From assembly GCA_963825135.1 (NCBI GenBank), contig CAWGRW010000009.1, positions 1,536,001 to 1,600,000 of the forward strand: 64,000 bases of DNA, given 5' to 3'. The translations under genes and the position numbers were made by a program. The notes under the pieces are model-generated. The model had not been told where the DNA came from and did no database searches. It saw only the letters and a program-made list of their open reading frames with translations. Below are positions 8,953-19,682 of the stretch, piece by piece; within the stretch, counting starts at the first letter, position 1; each line of letters starts with the position of its first letter. Origin of the DNA: an uncultured bacterium (lineage in GTDB: Bacteria; Desulfobacterota_D; UBA1144; Nemesobacterales; UBA2774).

Positions 8953-9750
8953 CTATCGTGAATATATCTTGATTCGGGAAATTTCTTCGGACTCGCCCAG
9001 ACGGGATAGATATTCGCTGTATCTGCCGATCGCTTCGATCTCCCTTTCGCCGAGACCGTACTTTATCCTTTCAGTCAGATATTTATAGCATACGCCCTCG
9101 TTGATTCCCGTCCTCACCGACTCGGTCTTCGCTATTTCGCCTGTAATGCCGAGCCCGTAGTCCCTGGATTTATGGAGCGCGTCCAGGTTCCGTCCCAGAT
9201 CCACGCCCTCGTTTACCGCGAAGACGGCGTATACGAAAGGGAGTCCGGTCTCTCCGGTCCATATCTCCCCCAGGTCATGGACGTCATAACCCCGGGGAGG
9301 GGTATGGGTCAATTCGAGCCCCGTATCACCGATTATCATCCCCGCATCGACGTCTATTAAAAAGTCCTTGCCCGTTTCTCTCGGGTAGTAGGCCGGGGAC
9401 AGGCCGTTAAATGTTTCAAGAATGATCCTCAGCAGCGCTGTAGAGCTCTGCGACCTCCGGTCGACCGCGACCCTTTTAATGTCCGTTAGTGCGGTATTCG
9501 ACAGGAGCACGACGCTGTCCACCTTCCCGTATGACGATATGGAGATGCCGGGTACGGCGGAGTAAGACCTTCTCCTGAGGAATTCCGCGACGGGGATGAG
9601 CCCAATGTCTATCTCTTTTCTCGATAACATCGATGAGAGGTCCGAAGGGGGGGTCAGCGTAATGCTGAAGTCGTGCTCCACGAGGCCGTTCTCGAGCGCG
9701 AACGTCAGCGGTTTTGCATTCATAAACGATACAGAGCCCAGCTTTATCAC
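8953..9750 (-). CDS. mqnA: Chorismate dehydratase (futalosine pathway)
   Basis: SFMNAKPL, V.SV.L, SQSS, IIGD, DLGEIW...TGLPFVYAV motifs; adjacent to mqnD. Confidence 0.9.
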   Translation of the reverse strand: MIKLGSVSFMNAKPLTFALENGLVEHDFSITLTPPSDLSSMLSRKEIDIGLIPVAEFLRRRSYSAVPGISISSYGKVDSVVLLSNTALTDIKRVAVDRRSQSSTALLRIILETFNGLSPAYYPRETGKDFLIDVDAGMIIGDTGLELTHTPPRGYDVHDLGEIWTGETGLPFVYAVFAVNEGVDLGRNLDALHKSRDYGLGITGEIAKTESVRTGINEGVCYKYLTERIKYGLGEREIEAIGRYSEYLSRLGESEEISRIKIYSR

Positions 9751-9849
9751 TTCGCACCTTTACAACGTTCTGCTTATTTAATGCAAGGGGTTGATTCCTA
9801 GGATTAACGCTCTATAACAAGCCCATAAACATACCTGAACAGGACGATA

Positions 9850-10899
9850 TTAAAATGTGCTTAAATCCCCCTGCCACCTTCTGGGGAGGAATATGCTTTC
9901 GTACATGCTGATCGCGTAGGAGTCCGTCATGCCCGCTATAAAATCGCACACCGCGCGCTCGACGGTTTCCCCTTCCCTGGAGCTCCTTTTGTAGAGTTTC
10001 CGGAACTCGCCCTCGTTTTCACAGAAGTACTGGTAAAGCTCCCTTATAACCTTCGTCGCTTTTATAAAATTGTTCTTGATCTTTTCGTTCATATATACGG
10101 TATTGAAGAGATACCCCCTCAGCTCCACCATGGCCTGCTCGACCTCAGCGCTGGCGGCCACCTTCTCACCGTCAAATTTGAGGGTCTCCGTGATTATATC
10201 CGTGACCATTCTGTTGATCCGCTCGGAATTGGTTCTGCCTAGCGCGCCGACGCATTCTTTCGGGACGTCCTCTATGGTTATGATCCCCGCCCTTATGGCG
10301 TCGTCGAGGTCGTGGTTCGCGTAGGCGACGAGGTCGGATATCCTGACGACCTGCCCTTCGAGCGTCTCCGGGCGGTATTTCGGGTTATCGACCGCTCCCA
10401 TCCCCTTCGAGTGCTTGGCTATGCCGTCCCTCACCTCGTACGTAAGGTTCAAACCCTTTCCGCCCTTCTCCAGCACGTCCACCACCCTCAGGCTGTGTAT
10501 CACGTGCTTGAACCCCCCGGGGTATATCTCGTTGAGCGCCGCCTCCCCCGCGTGTCCGAAAGGGGTGTGTCCGAGGTCGTGCCCGAGCGCTATAGCCTCA
10601 GTGAGGTCTTCGTTCAGTCTGAGCGCCTTCGATATCGTCCTCGCTATCTGGGACACCTCTATGACATGGGTGAGTCTCGTCCTGTAGTGGTCGTCCGTGG
10701 GCGACAGGAAGACCTGTGTCTTGTGCTTCATCCTCCGAAACGATTTCGAATGTATTATCCTGTCCCTGTCCCTCTGGTAATCCGTCCTTATCGAGCACGG
10801 CTCCTCGGGGACGACCCTCCCCTTCGTCTCGGCGCTGAGCGCGGCGTACGGGGAAAGTATCCGTCTCTCGATCTCTTCCGACTGTTCCCTTATGTTCAT
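9850..10899 (-). CDS. dgt: Deoxyguanosinetriphosphate triphosphohydrolase-like HD-domain protein
   Basis: RDRDRI, KTQVF, RTRLTH, HDLGHTPFGH and DFIAGMTD motifs. Confidence 0.92.
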   Translation of the reverse strand: MNIREQSEEIERRILSPYAALSAETKGRVVPEEPCSIRTDYQRDRDRIIHSKSFRRMKHKTQVFLSPTDDHYRTRLTHVIEVSQIARTISKALRLNEDLTEAIALGHDLGHTPFGHAGEAALNEIYPGGFKHVIHSLRVVDVLEKGGKGLNLTYEVRDGIAKHSKGMGAVDNPKYRPETLEGQVVRISDLVAYANHDLDDAIRAGIITIEDVPKECVGALGRTNSERINRMVTDIITETLKFDGEKVAASAEVEQAMVELRGYLFNTVYMNEKIKNNFIKATKVIRELYQYFCENEGEFRKLYKRSSREGETVERAVCDFIAGMTDSYAISMYESIFLPRRWQGDLSTF

Positions 10900-10933
10900 T
10901 GGTTGTCTAACCTCGATGCCTGATCCGCCTCTC

Positions 10934-11692
10934 TCATAGCCTCACCGATATCCCCTTCGTGTCCATGAATTCCTTGGCTTCCTTTATAGTATGCTCACCA
11001 TAGTGGAATATCGAAGCGACGAGCACCGCGTCCGCTTCACCCTCCCTCACGCCTTCCGACAGGTGGTCGAGTGTGCCCGCCCCTCCCGAAGCGATGACCG
11101 GTATGGATACGGTGCGCGAGACGGCCCTCGTGAGCGGGATGTCGTAGCCCGTTTTAGTCCCGTCCTTGTCCATGCTCGTAAGGAGTATTTCGCCCGCTCC
11201 GTATTCCTCCATCTTCTTCGCCCATTCAAGCGCGTCTATCCCGGTCGGGTTTCTGCCGCCGTGCGTATATACTTCCCATCTCCCTTCGGATACGCTCCTC
11301 GCGTCTATAGCCACGACTATACACTGGCTCCCGAACCTCACTGCGGCCCTTTTTACGAAGTCCGGGTCCATCACGGCTGCCGTGTTTATCGATACCTTGT
11401 CGGCCCCCGCCAGAAGCATCTGTCTCACGTCTTCGATCGTCCTTACCCCTCCGCCTACGGTCAGGGGGACGAATACCTCGGCCGCGGTCCTTTCAACGAC
11501 GTCTATCATCGTCTTCCTTTCTTCGTTAGAGGCCGTTATGTCGAGGAAGCAGATTTCGTCGGCGCCCTCGTCGCTGTACTTCTTCGCGATCTCGACCGGG
11601 TCGCCCGCGTCCCTCAGATTGACGAAGTTTACCCCCTTTACGACCCTCCCGTCCTTGACGTCGAGGCATGGGATTATTCTCTTCGACAGCAT
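10934..11692 (-). CDS. hisF: Imidazole glycerol phosphate synthase cyclase subunit
   Basis: [32 protein letters not shown]. Confidence 0.97.
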   Translation of the reverse strand: MLSKRIIPCLDVKDGRVVKGVNFVNLRDAGDPVEIAKKYSDEGADEICFLDITASNEERKTMIDVVERTAAEVFVPLTVGGGVRTIEDVRQMLLAGADKVSINTAAVMDPDFVKRAAVRFGSQCIVVAIDARSVSEGRWEVYTHGGRNPTGIDALEWAKKMEEYGAGEILLTSMDKDGTKTGYDIPLTRAVSRTVSIPVIASGGAGTLDHLSEGVREGEADAVLVASIFHYGEHTIKEAKEFMDTKGISVRL

Positions 11693-12414
11693 TACGTATA
11701 CCTTCTGATAGCGTCTTTAAGATTAATACTGCCCGTATAAATCGACTTCCCCAGTATCACGCCGTATAACCCCAGGCTTTCGAGCGGTTTCAGTTTGTCG
11801 AGGTCGTCCGTAGTGGCTATCCCCCCTGAAGCGATTACAGGGAGCGGAGACGATTCTATGAATTCCCTGGCCGCGTCGATATTGATACCCTCCATCGTGC
11901 CGTCCCTGTCTATATTAGTGTTGAGTATTACGGACACGCCCGCGTCGTCGAGCCTGCGGAGCACCTCTTTTGTGCCCGCCTCTATGACCTCCGTCCATCC
12001 CTTGACGGCGATCTTGCCCTTTTTGGTGTCTATGCCTACGGCGATCCCCCCCGGGAATTCCCCGCACGCCTGCCTCAGGAACCTGTCGTCGGAAAAAGCG
12101 GCCGTTCCCAGTATCACCCTCGCAACCCCCATGCCGAAGTATTTCCTTACCGTATCGATATTCCTTATGCCTCCGCCCACCTGAACGGGGCAGGAGACCT
12201 GCGCTGTTATATTTTTAATGACGTCCGTGTTCCCGGGCTCTCCCTTGAACGCCCCGTCGAGGTCGACGACGTGGATCCATTCGGCCCCGCATTCTTCCCA
12301 CCTCCGGGCTATCTCCCCGGGGTTTTCGGAGAATACGGTCTCGGTCCCCTCTTCCCCCTTGTAGAGTCTCACGCATTTTCCGTCCCTGAGGTCTATGGCG
12401 GGTATGATGTGCAT
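11692..12414 (-). CDS. hisA: ProFAR isomerase
   Basis: [30 protein letters not shown] overlap with hisF. Confidence 0.96.
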   Translation of the reverse strand: MHIIPAIDLRDGKCVRLYKGEEGTETVFSENPGEIARRWEECGAEWIHVVDLDGAFKGEPGNTDVIKNITAQVSCPVQVGGGIRNIDTVRKYFGMGVARVILGTAAFSDDRFLRQACGEFPGGIAVGIDTKKGKIAVKGWTEVIEAGTKEVLRRLDDAGVSVILNTNIDRDGTMEGINIDAAREFIESSPLPVIASGGIATTDDLDKLKPLESLGLYGVILGKSIYTGSINLKDAIRRYT

Positions 12415-13098
12415 TTAATTCTCCAGGAGGTACTCGTTGAACTCGAGGACTGTCTTTCGCGCCCCTTCTTTCGCAAGCTCGTCCGACGTTATCCATTTCG
12501 CCCCTCTCTTGAAGAACTTCCCGATTTCATAGACGTTCTGTAGGAGCGGCTTCTGCGTCTCGTGAAAATAATATTCCCATATTTTATGTCCGTCCGCGGT
12601 GTCGAGCACCTCGACGCTGAACGTTACCGCGGCGGGCGATTCCACCCCTATCGCGGATCCCTCTCTCTCCGTATATTCCGAGATTACGCCTATCACGACG
12701 GCGTCGACGCCGAGGCTTTTGCCGGCGGCCACGGCCTGCTCCCTGTAATACGATTTTGGTGTTTCGGCCTTTATGCGCAGGAATTCCGTTTCGGATTTCT
12801 GAAGCGGGGTGATTTCGATTCTTAACATCTCGGCGGTGAGGGCGTCGTACATGGAGATGGTCAAATACCTTTCTTTCTCCTCCACCGTTTCTTCGGGCAT
12901 CGATTCGGAGAGAGAGGGCTTCGTGGTGAACGGTATCAGGGCGAGGGACTTGACCCTATCTCGCAGGCGTGTCGTCGTCTCCCCTGTCTTGTCCGTCTGT
13001 CCGTAGGCCCTCCCGTTTGTTAAAAGGCAGTAACTGCAGCAAATTACGAATAGAAAAAACAGGACCGAAATGCGGCGGAGTATTTGTGTATGTCTCAT
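12415..13098 (-). CDS. Exported or lipoprotein, CsgG/LpoB/DUF799-like fold
   Basis: N-terminal signal-like segment; LALIPF..., LGVDAVVIG.I.EY.ER.G pattern; stop abuts the hisA ATG. Confidence 0.6.
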   Translation of the reverse strand: MRHTQILRRISVLFFLFVICCSYCLLTNGRAYGQTDKTGETTTRLRDRVKSLALIPFTTKPSLSESMPEETVEEKERYLTISMYDALTAEMLRIEITPLQKSETEFLRIKAETPKSYYREQAVAAGKSLGVDAVVIGVISEYTEREGSAIGVESPAAVTFSVEVLDTADGHKIWEYYFHETQKPLLQNVYEIGKFFKRGAKWITSDELAKEGARKTVLEFNEYLLEN

Positions 13099-13201
13099 CT
13101 TTTAATAAATATACAGGAATATAGAATTAGTGGAAGCACCGGTAGCGCGGCCCCGCGCCGGTTGATTTGAATTATACGCGCGTTTAAACATAATTAACAC
13201 C

Positions 13202-13615
13202 ATGAACCATTGGCTCGTTAAATCGGAGCCCTCGACATATTCATGGGACGACCTGGTTAAAGACGGCAGTACGCGCTGGGACGGGGTCAGGAACTATCAG
13301 GCGAGGAATAATCTTGTTGCAATGAAAAAAGGCGACCCGGTGCTTTATTACCACAGCGGCGCAGCGCCGGGGATAGTCGGTATAGCCAGGGTCGTGACGG
13401 AATCGTACCAGGACCCGACCACTGACGACGAAAGATGGGTCGCAGTCGATCTCGAGCCTGTAAAGCCTTTAAAGAATCCGGTTCCGCTCGACGATATTAA
13501 AAAGGAAAAGCGGCTCGGGGACATCTCCCTTATCAAGCAGGGCCGCCTCTCCGTTATGCCCGTTACGAAAGGGGAGTACGACGTCATTCTGGGCATGGCG
13601 TCCGGGAAGACATAG
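13202..13615 (+). CDS. EVE domain protein
   Basis: WLVKSEP, WDGVRNYQARN, YYHS, RLSV motifs. Confidence 0.93.
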   Translation: MNHWLVKSEPSTYSWDDLVKDGSTRWDGVRNYQARNNLVAMKKGDPVLYYHSGAAPGIVGIARVVTESYQDPTTDDERWVAVDLEPVKPLKNPVPLDDIKKEKRLGDISLIKQGRLSVMPVTKGEYDVILGMASGKT

Positions 13616-13620
13616 CGATT

Positions 13621-13649
13621 TTGACAATCCCCCGCAGCCGAATTAATGT
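13621..13649 (+). promoter_or_regulatory. sigma70 promoter, probably leaderless, for meaB
   Basis: TTGACA-17bp-TAATGT, then 8 nt to ATG 13658; no SD. Confidence 0.6.
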
Positions 13650-13657
13650 ATCTCCCG

Positions 13658-14611
13658 ATGCCCCTCTCCGATTACGAATCAGGACTCATAGACAAGATGC
13701 TCGGCGGAGACCGGGCGGCTCTCGCCCGCCTTATATCGATTGCCGAGAGCAGGCATAAGTCCCTCCCTGAAATACTCAGGCGGCTCGGTCCTCTTATACG
13801 CGACCCTTATATCATCGGCATTACCGGCCCTCCCGGGGCCGGCAAGAGCACCATTACGAACGAGCTCATCAGGTCTTACAGGAATACTGACAAGAAGGTA
13901 GGCGTGCTGGCGGTCGACCCGTCTAGCCCCTTCACCGGCGGGGCCATACTAGGGGACAGGATACGCATGCACGACCATGCCATGGACGACGGGGTATTCA
14001 TAAGGAGCATAAGCTCGAGGGGGACGCACGGCGGGCTCTCGAGAGCGACGAGCGAGATAATCAAGCTCTACGGGGCCTACGGCATGGATTACGTGATCAT
14101 AGAGACGGTCGGCGTGGGCCAGACCGAGCTCGATATAGTAGGTGTGGCCGATACCGTTCTCGTCGTCCTCGTCCCGGAGGCCGGGGACTCCGTTCAGACG
14201 ATGAAGGCGGGGCTCATGGAGATAGCCGACATCTTCATCGTGAATAAGTCGGACAGGGAAGGGGCGGCATTAATTTCTACCGAGATTAAGCTTGTGATAT
14301 CCCTCAGGAGGGCGGGCGCCGGCTGGTCTCCGCCCGTACTCCTCACGAGCGCGCTCAGGGGAGAGGGGATCGACGGGATCATCGACGAGATCGAAAAGCA
14401 TAGATCCTTCCAGACCGGTAGCGGGTCGCTCGAGAAGAAGAAGGAGAAGAGGGCGGAGCAGGAGTTCTCCGATATAATCAGAGAGCTCGTCGACGAAAAG
14501 ATCGCCCGGAGGCTCGGGGACGCGGAGATAAAAAAGATTTACGCGCGCGTCAGGAGCGGGGAAATAGACCCCTACGAGGGCGCCCTGCTCGTAATCTCGA
14601 AAATCATGTGA
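13658..14611 (+). CDS. meaB: Methylmalonyl-CoA mutase-associated GTPase
   Basis: GITGPPGAGKS, AVDPSS, GDRIRM, ETVGVGQ, NKSD; start 13658 chosen from the promoter position. Confidence 0.93.
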   Translation: MPLSDYESGLIDKMLGGDRAALARLISIAESRHKSLPEILRRLGPLIRDPYIIGITGPPGAGKSTITNELIRSYRNTDKKVGVLAVDPSSPFTGGAILGDRIRMHDHAMDDGVFIRSISSRGTHGGLSRATSEIIKLYGAYGMDYVIIETVGVGQTELDIVGVADTVLVVLVPEAGDSVQTMKAGLMEIADIFIVNKSDREGAALISTEIKLVISLRRAGAGWSPPVLLTSALRGEGIDGIIDEIEKHRSFQTGSGSLEKKKEKRAEQEFSDIIRELVDEKIARRLGDAEIKKIYARVRSGEIDPYEGALLVISKIM

Positions 14612-14703
14612 TCCTTCCCGGGCTCGACTCCGAACCCCCCGGCGATACCGTGTCTAATTTGTTCCTGTATTATCTCCTTTCCCGGGGTGGTATCCTAATC
14701 GTT

Positions 14704-15399
14704 ATGATCGAGGTTCTGGTCCCCGTATCCTTCTTCCTATTTGTTTTTCTTATTGCTTCGGCAGGTGACCGGTATGCAGGAAAGCGCTGGGAGATGGTAG
14801 AGAGTCAGATAATAGCCCGGGGCATAAGGAACACGGCGGTCATCCAGGCGATGCTCAACGTCCCGCGCCATGAATTCATACCCGTGGAGCTGAGGGACCA
14901 GGCCTATGACGACAACCCTGTGCCCGTGGGCCTGGGGCAGACGATATCGCAGCCCTATATAGTCGCGCTAATGACCGAGCTCCTGAATCCCGTCTCCGGT
15001 ATGAAGGTGCTGGAGGTAGGCACGGGCTCAGGCTACCAGTCCGCGGTGCTCGCGGAGGCAGGCTGCGAGCTCTACACGGTCGAGATTGTGGAGGACCTGG
15101 CGTATAAAGCGCGCCGTATCCTCGACAACCTCGGCTACTCCGGAATTACGTACAAGACAGGCGACGGATACCAGGGATGGGAGGAGCACGCCCCCTTTGA
15201 CGGAATCATAGTAACGGCGGCTCCGGGCCACGTGCCTGCAAAGCTTTTAGAGCAGCTCAACGTAAACGGGAAAATGGTCATTCCGGTAGGCGACGAGAGC
15301 CAGGAGCTTCAGCTGATAGAAAAAACGGATAAGGGCATCACGAAGAGGAGAATAACCGCTGTCCGCTTCGTCCCCATGACCGGTGAGTCCGAATCGTGA
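14704..15399 (+). CDS. pcm: Protein-L-isoaspartate O-methyltransferase with an N-terminal hydrophobic segment
   Basis: VPRHEF, GQTISQPY, LEVGTGSGYQ, VTAA, VRFVP; ATG 14704 preferred. Confidence 0.93.
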   Translation: MIEVLVPVSFFLFVFLIASAGDRYAGKRWEMVESQIIARGIRNTAVIQAMLNVPRHEFIPVELRDQAYDDNPVPVGLGQTISQPYIVALMTELLNPVSGMKVLEVGTGSGYQSAVLAEAGCELYTVEIVEDLAYKARRILDNLGYSGITYKTGDGYQGWEEHAPFDGIIVTAAPGHVPAKLLEQLNVNGKMVIPVGDESQELQLIEKTDKGITKRRITAVRFVPMTGESES

Positions 15400-15443
15400 G
15401 AGCCCGGCCGGTTATTTGGTTTCGCGCTGCGTAGTCTTACGGA

Positions 15444-16445
15444 TCAAATATCCAGACTCACTACGTCCCCGAGCTCGATCTGCCTCGAGCTTTCGGTGAT
15501 TATCCCGGTCGCGCTCTTTTCCTTCACTTCGAGCACGACTATCTTGCCTATAAGAGTCCCGGGGATTATAACGTCTTTATTGGCGTCCGGGTCGTGGGCC
15601 TTTCGCGGCTGGGAATAAATCGAGAATACGTTTCCGGGCACGACGTTATTCACCTGTCCAGCGTCTATGTAGACTATGTCCCCTCTCCCGCTGAGCTCCG
15701 TATTGTTCTTGTTCTCGACTATGAACCCGTCCACCCTCTGCGTCCCCTTCCTCAATACAACCTCTTTTACGAACGGCTCCTGCGGCCTTATCTTCGCCCC
15801 GCGCGTTATCTCCAGGTAAGAAGAAGTGATGACCGCCGTCGATTTCCTTTTCCCCAGTACTTCCAATATTTCGAGCTCACCCTCGATCTGTACCTTGTAC
15901 CCGATCCGATGACCCGTTATAGGGTGGAGTACGGGTTTCGAGGTCCGGAATATGGTGAATTTGTCCCCCGTGCTGACCCCGTTTTTGGAACCCACGTTCG
16001 TAAATACGATATCCCCCGTGCCGAGCAGTATCTTGGGCGGCTCCGAGGTCAGTATTGTCCCCATGTGCTCCCATTCGCCGGGGGTTATAAAGCCCTCCGA
16101 CCCCCCGCGGGAATAATAATAGACCGGCGGAGGCGGTTCTATATCCTCAAACGATACCTTATGCGATTTGGGCTCCACCTTTACAACCGGGATATCCGGC
16201 TGTTTGGGCTTAAGGGAAATCACGTCCCCGGGGTAAATGAGGCTCGGGTTATCTATATAGGAGTTAATCTCCCAGAGTCTCGGCCAGAATAGCGGATTAC
16301 CGAAGAACCTTCCGGATATCTTCCAGAGGGAATCCCCCGGCTCCACCACATAAATAGTCGTCCCGTCCTTCGGGGGCGGCAGACTGCCCTGGGCAAGGGC
16401 GATTCCGGTTAAGAGAAAAACAGCTAAGAGTGTTCTTAAATGCAT
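15444..16445 (-). CDS. Exported LysM peptidoglycan-binding protein (TsaP-like)
   Basis: Signal peptide; LysM YVVEPGDSLW..W..N..IYPG; GGAGG 9 nt before ATG 16445. Confidence 0.82.
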   Translation of the reverse strand: MHLRTLLAVFLLTGIALAQGSLPPPKDGTTIYVVEPGDSLWKISGRFFGNPLFWPRLWEINSYIDNPSLIYPGDVISLKPKQPDIPVVKVEPKSHKVSFEDIEPPPPVYYYSRGGSEGFITPGEWEHMGTILTSEPPKILLGTGDIVFTNVGSKNGVSTGDKFTIFRTSKPVLHPITGHRIGYKVQIEGELEILEVLGKRKSTAVITSSYLEITRGAKIRPQEPFVKEVVLRKGTQRVDGFIVENKNNTELSGRGDIVYIDAGQVNNVVPGNVFSIYSQPRKAHDPDANKDVIIPGTLIGKIVVLEVKEKSATGIITESSRQIELGDVVSLDI

Positions 16446-16639
16446 CCCGTCCATCCTCCGTTAATATCCGGAATCCGGCATAGCCGGCACAACTCTTAAA
16501 TACACTATTTCAATTCTACACCCTTTTTAGACGAATTGGAAGTATAATTATATTCTTTTAAGCTTTCATATGGCGAACTTATATACTATACTTAACAACG
16601 CTTGTAAGGTTTGTGCCAATTGGACCGACGACTGGTGTT

Positions 16640-18127
16640 ATGGATAACCGGATTCTGATAAATATTACGTTCAATGAGACCAGGGTTGCGGTGATGGAAA
16701 AGGGTGCCGTTGCGGAGCTTTATATCGAGCGTAAGTCCACGCCGCGTATAGTGGGGAATATATACAAGGGAGTGGTGGGGAAGGTAGTGCCGGGGATGCA
16801 GGCGGCTTTCGTCGACATAGGCCTCGGGAAGTCGGGCTTCATATCCGTCGAGGACGTGCATGAAGACTCGCTCTACGAGTATTTTCTCGACGGCGGATCC
16901 GAATCGCAGCAGCCGAAGAGGCAGGAAAGGGGTCTTATACAGGACATACTCCGGGAAGGGCAGCATGTAATGGTGCAGGTCTTGAAGGAGTCGGTCGGCG
17001 GCAAGGGGGCCAAGCTCTCATCGAACATAGGGATGCCCGGTAAGTACTCCGTTCTTTTAGTCAACGCGGATATCGTGGGGATTTCGAGAAAAATAGAGGA
17101 CCCGGAGGAGAGGGAGAGGCTCGCCGAAATAATCAGGAAAATAAAACCCGAGGGTAAGGGGATTATAGCGAGGACGGCCAGCGCCGGAATATCCGCGGAA
17201 GAACTGGAGCAGGACATAAAGGACCAGATTCGGCTCTGGGAGGATATACGCAAAAGAAGCGATGAGCAGAAAGCCCCTTGCCTGCTCTACGAAGAGCAGA
17301 GGCTCTATATTAAGGCGGTGCGGGATTTCGTTTCCAGCGAATATAACAGGATAGTGGTCGATTCCGAGCCCGCATATAACGAGATTACCTCATATCTCAG
17401 TCGGAATTTCCCCGATTCCTCCGTAAGCCTCGAGCTCTATCAGGACCCGGAACCCCTGTTCGCGAGGTACGGGGTCGAGAGCGAAATAAGAAAAATTTTC
17501 AACAAAAAGGTCTGGCTCAAGTCGGGGGGTCACATAATAATCGAAGAGGCGGAGGGCCTCACGGTCGTGGACGTAAACACCGGCAGGTACCAGAGCGGCA
17601 AGAGTCAGGAAGAGACTATCTACACCCTCAACCTCGAGGCGGCTTCGGAGATAGTGAGGCAGATACGGCTCAGGAACCTCGTCGGCATCGTGGTGGTCGA
17701 TTTCATAGACATCAAAAACCGCCAGCTCCGGGACCAGATATACGAGGCGTTCGTCGAGGCGCTGAAGCAGGACAGGGCCAGGTCCGCCGTGCTCGAAATG
17801 TCGCTTTTCGGCGTCATACAGATGACCCGGCAGCGCGTGAGGGAAAGCATATTGACGGAGCTCGCCGAGCCGTGCCCTTATTGCGAGGGATCGGGCTATC
17901 TAAAGTCCAAGGACACTATAAGCTACGAAATTATAAGGGAGATAAAGAGCAGGATCGTAAAACCGTTCGTAAAGAGAATAGAGGTTCAGGCGAGCGCAAA
18001 AGTCATACACAGGCTAAAAGAGTTCGAGCATGAGAACCTGAGACACCTCGAGAAAGAGCACGGGGTTGAAATCGTCTATAAAGCCGTCGAGGGGCGTATC
18101 GGGAGATTCGAGGTCATAGCCGACTGA
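16640..18127 (+). CDS. rng: Ribonuclease G (Rne/Rng family)
   Basis: GNIYKG, PGMQAAFVDIG, DVNTG, DFID, C..C.G.G. Confidence 0.92.
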   Translation: MDNRILINITFNETRVAVMEKGAVAELYIERKSTPRIVGNIYKGVVGKVVPGMQAAFVDIGLGKSGFISVEDVHEDSLYEYFLDGGSESQQPKRQERGLIQDILREGQHVMVQVLKESVGGKGAKLSSNIGMPGKYSVLLVNADIVGISRKIEDPEERERLAEIIRKIKPEGKGIIARTASAGISAEELEQDIKDQIRLWEDIRKRSDEQKAPCLLYEEQRLYIKAVRDFVSSEYNRIVVDSEPAYNEITSYLSRNFPDSSVSLELYQDPEPLFARYGVESEIRKIFNKKVWLKSGGHIIIEEAEGLTVVDVNTGRYQSGKSQEETIYTLNLEAASEIVRQIRLRNLVGIVVVDFIDIKNRQLRDQIYEAFVEALKQDRARSAVLEMSLFGVIQMTRQRVRESILTELAEPCPYCEGSGYLKSKDTISYEIIREIKSRIVKPFVKRIEVQASAKVIHRLKEFEHENLRHLEKEHGVEIVYKAVEGRIGRFEVIAD

Positions 18128-18239
18128 GGCTCGTGCATCCCTTGATCCCGCGATCCGGTTTCAGGCTCGGGATTATCACGGCTGCCCGATTCGGGGTTAT
18201 TATTAGCATAAATATGTTCAGACGGTTACGGGTTTGCGG

Positions 18240-19001
18240 ATGAGAAGTTCACTCAAATGCCTATTGATGCTCGCCCTCCTGGTTTCTCCCGGCTGTAAGA
18301 GGGATGAGCATGCCAAACCGGAAAGGGTCGGTACTCCGGCTGAAATAACGGACGAGCCAGCCGTAGAGACCGGAGACGCTCCCGATGAGGGATCGGAAGA
18401 CGTCGATTATCAAGAGCCCGCGATACCCTCCCTGTCCGGAATCAGGTCCGTCAAGATAGCGACGATTTCCGATAATCCCAGAGACGGCTTTAAGGCGGAT
18501 ATCGAGCACACGGGCGAAGTCGATGAAAGCGCGGGCTATCTCTATGAGTGGAAGCTCAACGGGAAGGACATAACGGGCGCCGACGGAGAAAAGCTCGAAT
18601 GGAGGGAAGAGTTTAAAAAAGGCGACACGATAAATGTCGCGGTCACTCCGTACAGCGACCTCGGCCAGGGCGCGGTTTCGGCTGAGGGGAGTTTCAGAAT
18701 ACCCAATTCACCCCCTGTTATCACCTCGGAGCCGGATACGTCCTTCAAGGAAGGGAAGTTCAGCTACATCGTCGAGGCCGAAGACCCGGACGGGGATTCA
18801 TTTGATTTTAGTCTCAAGAACGCGCCCAGGGGCATGACTATCGAGCCCGCCGCGGGACTTATCCTGTGGGAATACGGTGAAAAAGATGCCGGAGATTACA
18901 AGGTGACCGTAATCGTTACGGATTCCGAAGGGGCGAAAGCTTCCCAGGAGCTGACGTTATCCATAAACCCCCCGGAGCCGCCCGCCGAAGGAACGCAATA
19001 G
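18240..19001 (+). CDS. Lipoprotein with Ig-like/cadherin-like domain(s)
   Basis: Lipobox-like VSPGC; NSPPVITS..A.DPDGD..F..AP.GM.I..G...W Ig pattern. Confidence 0.75.
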   Translation: MRSSLKCLLMLALLVSPGCKRDEHAKPERVGTPAEITDEPAVETGDAPDEGSEDVDYQEPAIPSLSGIRSVKIATISDNPRDGFKADIEHTGEVDESAGYLYEWKLNGKDITGADGEKLEWREEFKKGDTINVAVTPYSDLGQGAVSAEGSFRIPNSPPVITSEPDTSFKEGKFSYIVEAEDPDGDSFDFSLKNAPRGMTIEPAAGLILWEYGEKDAGDYKVTVIVTDSEGAKASQELTLSINPPEPPAEGTQ

Positions 19002-19156
19002 TAAGTCCGTTGTTCCCGGTATTCCGGGTGAATTCCTCGATTCGTGTATTTGTTATACAGCTTTATAAAACACGGGTATATTTTATTTCGTGGCCGGTCG
19101 TCGGAAGTCCCGGTCAAATAATGCAGGTTGTATAGGCACTTGTAACGAGTGATGCG

Positions 19157-19579
19157 ATGAGAAGATCATTTCAGGCAGGAATGTCCATAGAAAACAAGAT
19201 AGAAACCAGGCCCGAGATGGCGGCTTCACGTTTCCACGGGAATTCGCCCAGGGTACTCTCCAGCCCCTCGCTTATAACATTCATGCAGACGACGTGCGCA
19301 GACCTCATGGCCCCGTTCCTCGACAAGACCGAGATGGTCGTAAGCGTGAGGATTGAAATGAACCATCTGGCCTCGACCCCGATCGGATCTACAATAATAG
19401 TAAGAGCCGAAATCGACAGGGTCGAGGGCGACAAGGTTTATTTCAGGATCGATGCCTATGATGAGGTCGAGAAAATCGCCTCCGGATATAATGATATGTT
19501 TATAATCGACGAAGAGAGATTCGAAAGGGGCATCAGAAGGAAGCTGGGCTCGGATCCACAAAAAGCGCAGTCCTTATAA
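19157..19579 (+). CDS. FlK-like hotdog-fold thioesterase
   Basis: VLSSP.L..M, HLASTPIG, F...A.D...I.SG pattern. Confidence 0.78.
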   Translation: MRRSFQAGMSIENKIETRPEMAASRFHGNSPRVLSSPSLITFMQTTCADLMAPFLDKTEMVVSVRIEMNHLASTPIGSTIIVRAEIDRVEGDKVYFRIDAYDEVEKIASGYNDMFIIDEERFERGIRRKLGSDPQKAQSL

Positions 19580-19682
19580 AACCCCCGTCTGCCGGAAGTT
19601 GGAATTCGATTATTCACGGCCAAAAAGCCCGGCGCATAAAAATTCCGCAATACATCTCATAGAAGCAAACGGAGCGGTTCTG

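Noticed and set aside
9850..13615. dGTPase and EVE protein as an anti-phage defence locus
   Set aside because: The dGTPase is the short housekeeping type in an operon with hisAF; EVE is stand-alone with no nuclease partner and is separated by core genes
14608..14703. Longest-ORF N-terminal extensions (pcm; also 16613, 19599, 30075, 38211, 41459, 50699, 62362)
   Set aside because: Downstream starts fit the SD or promoter positions and family N-termini better
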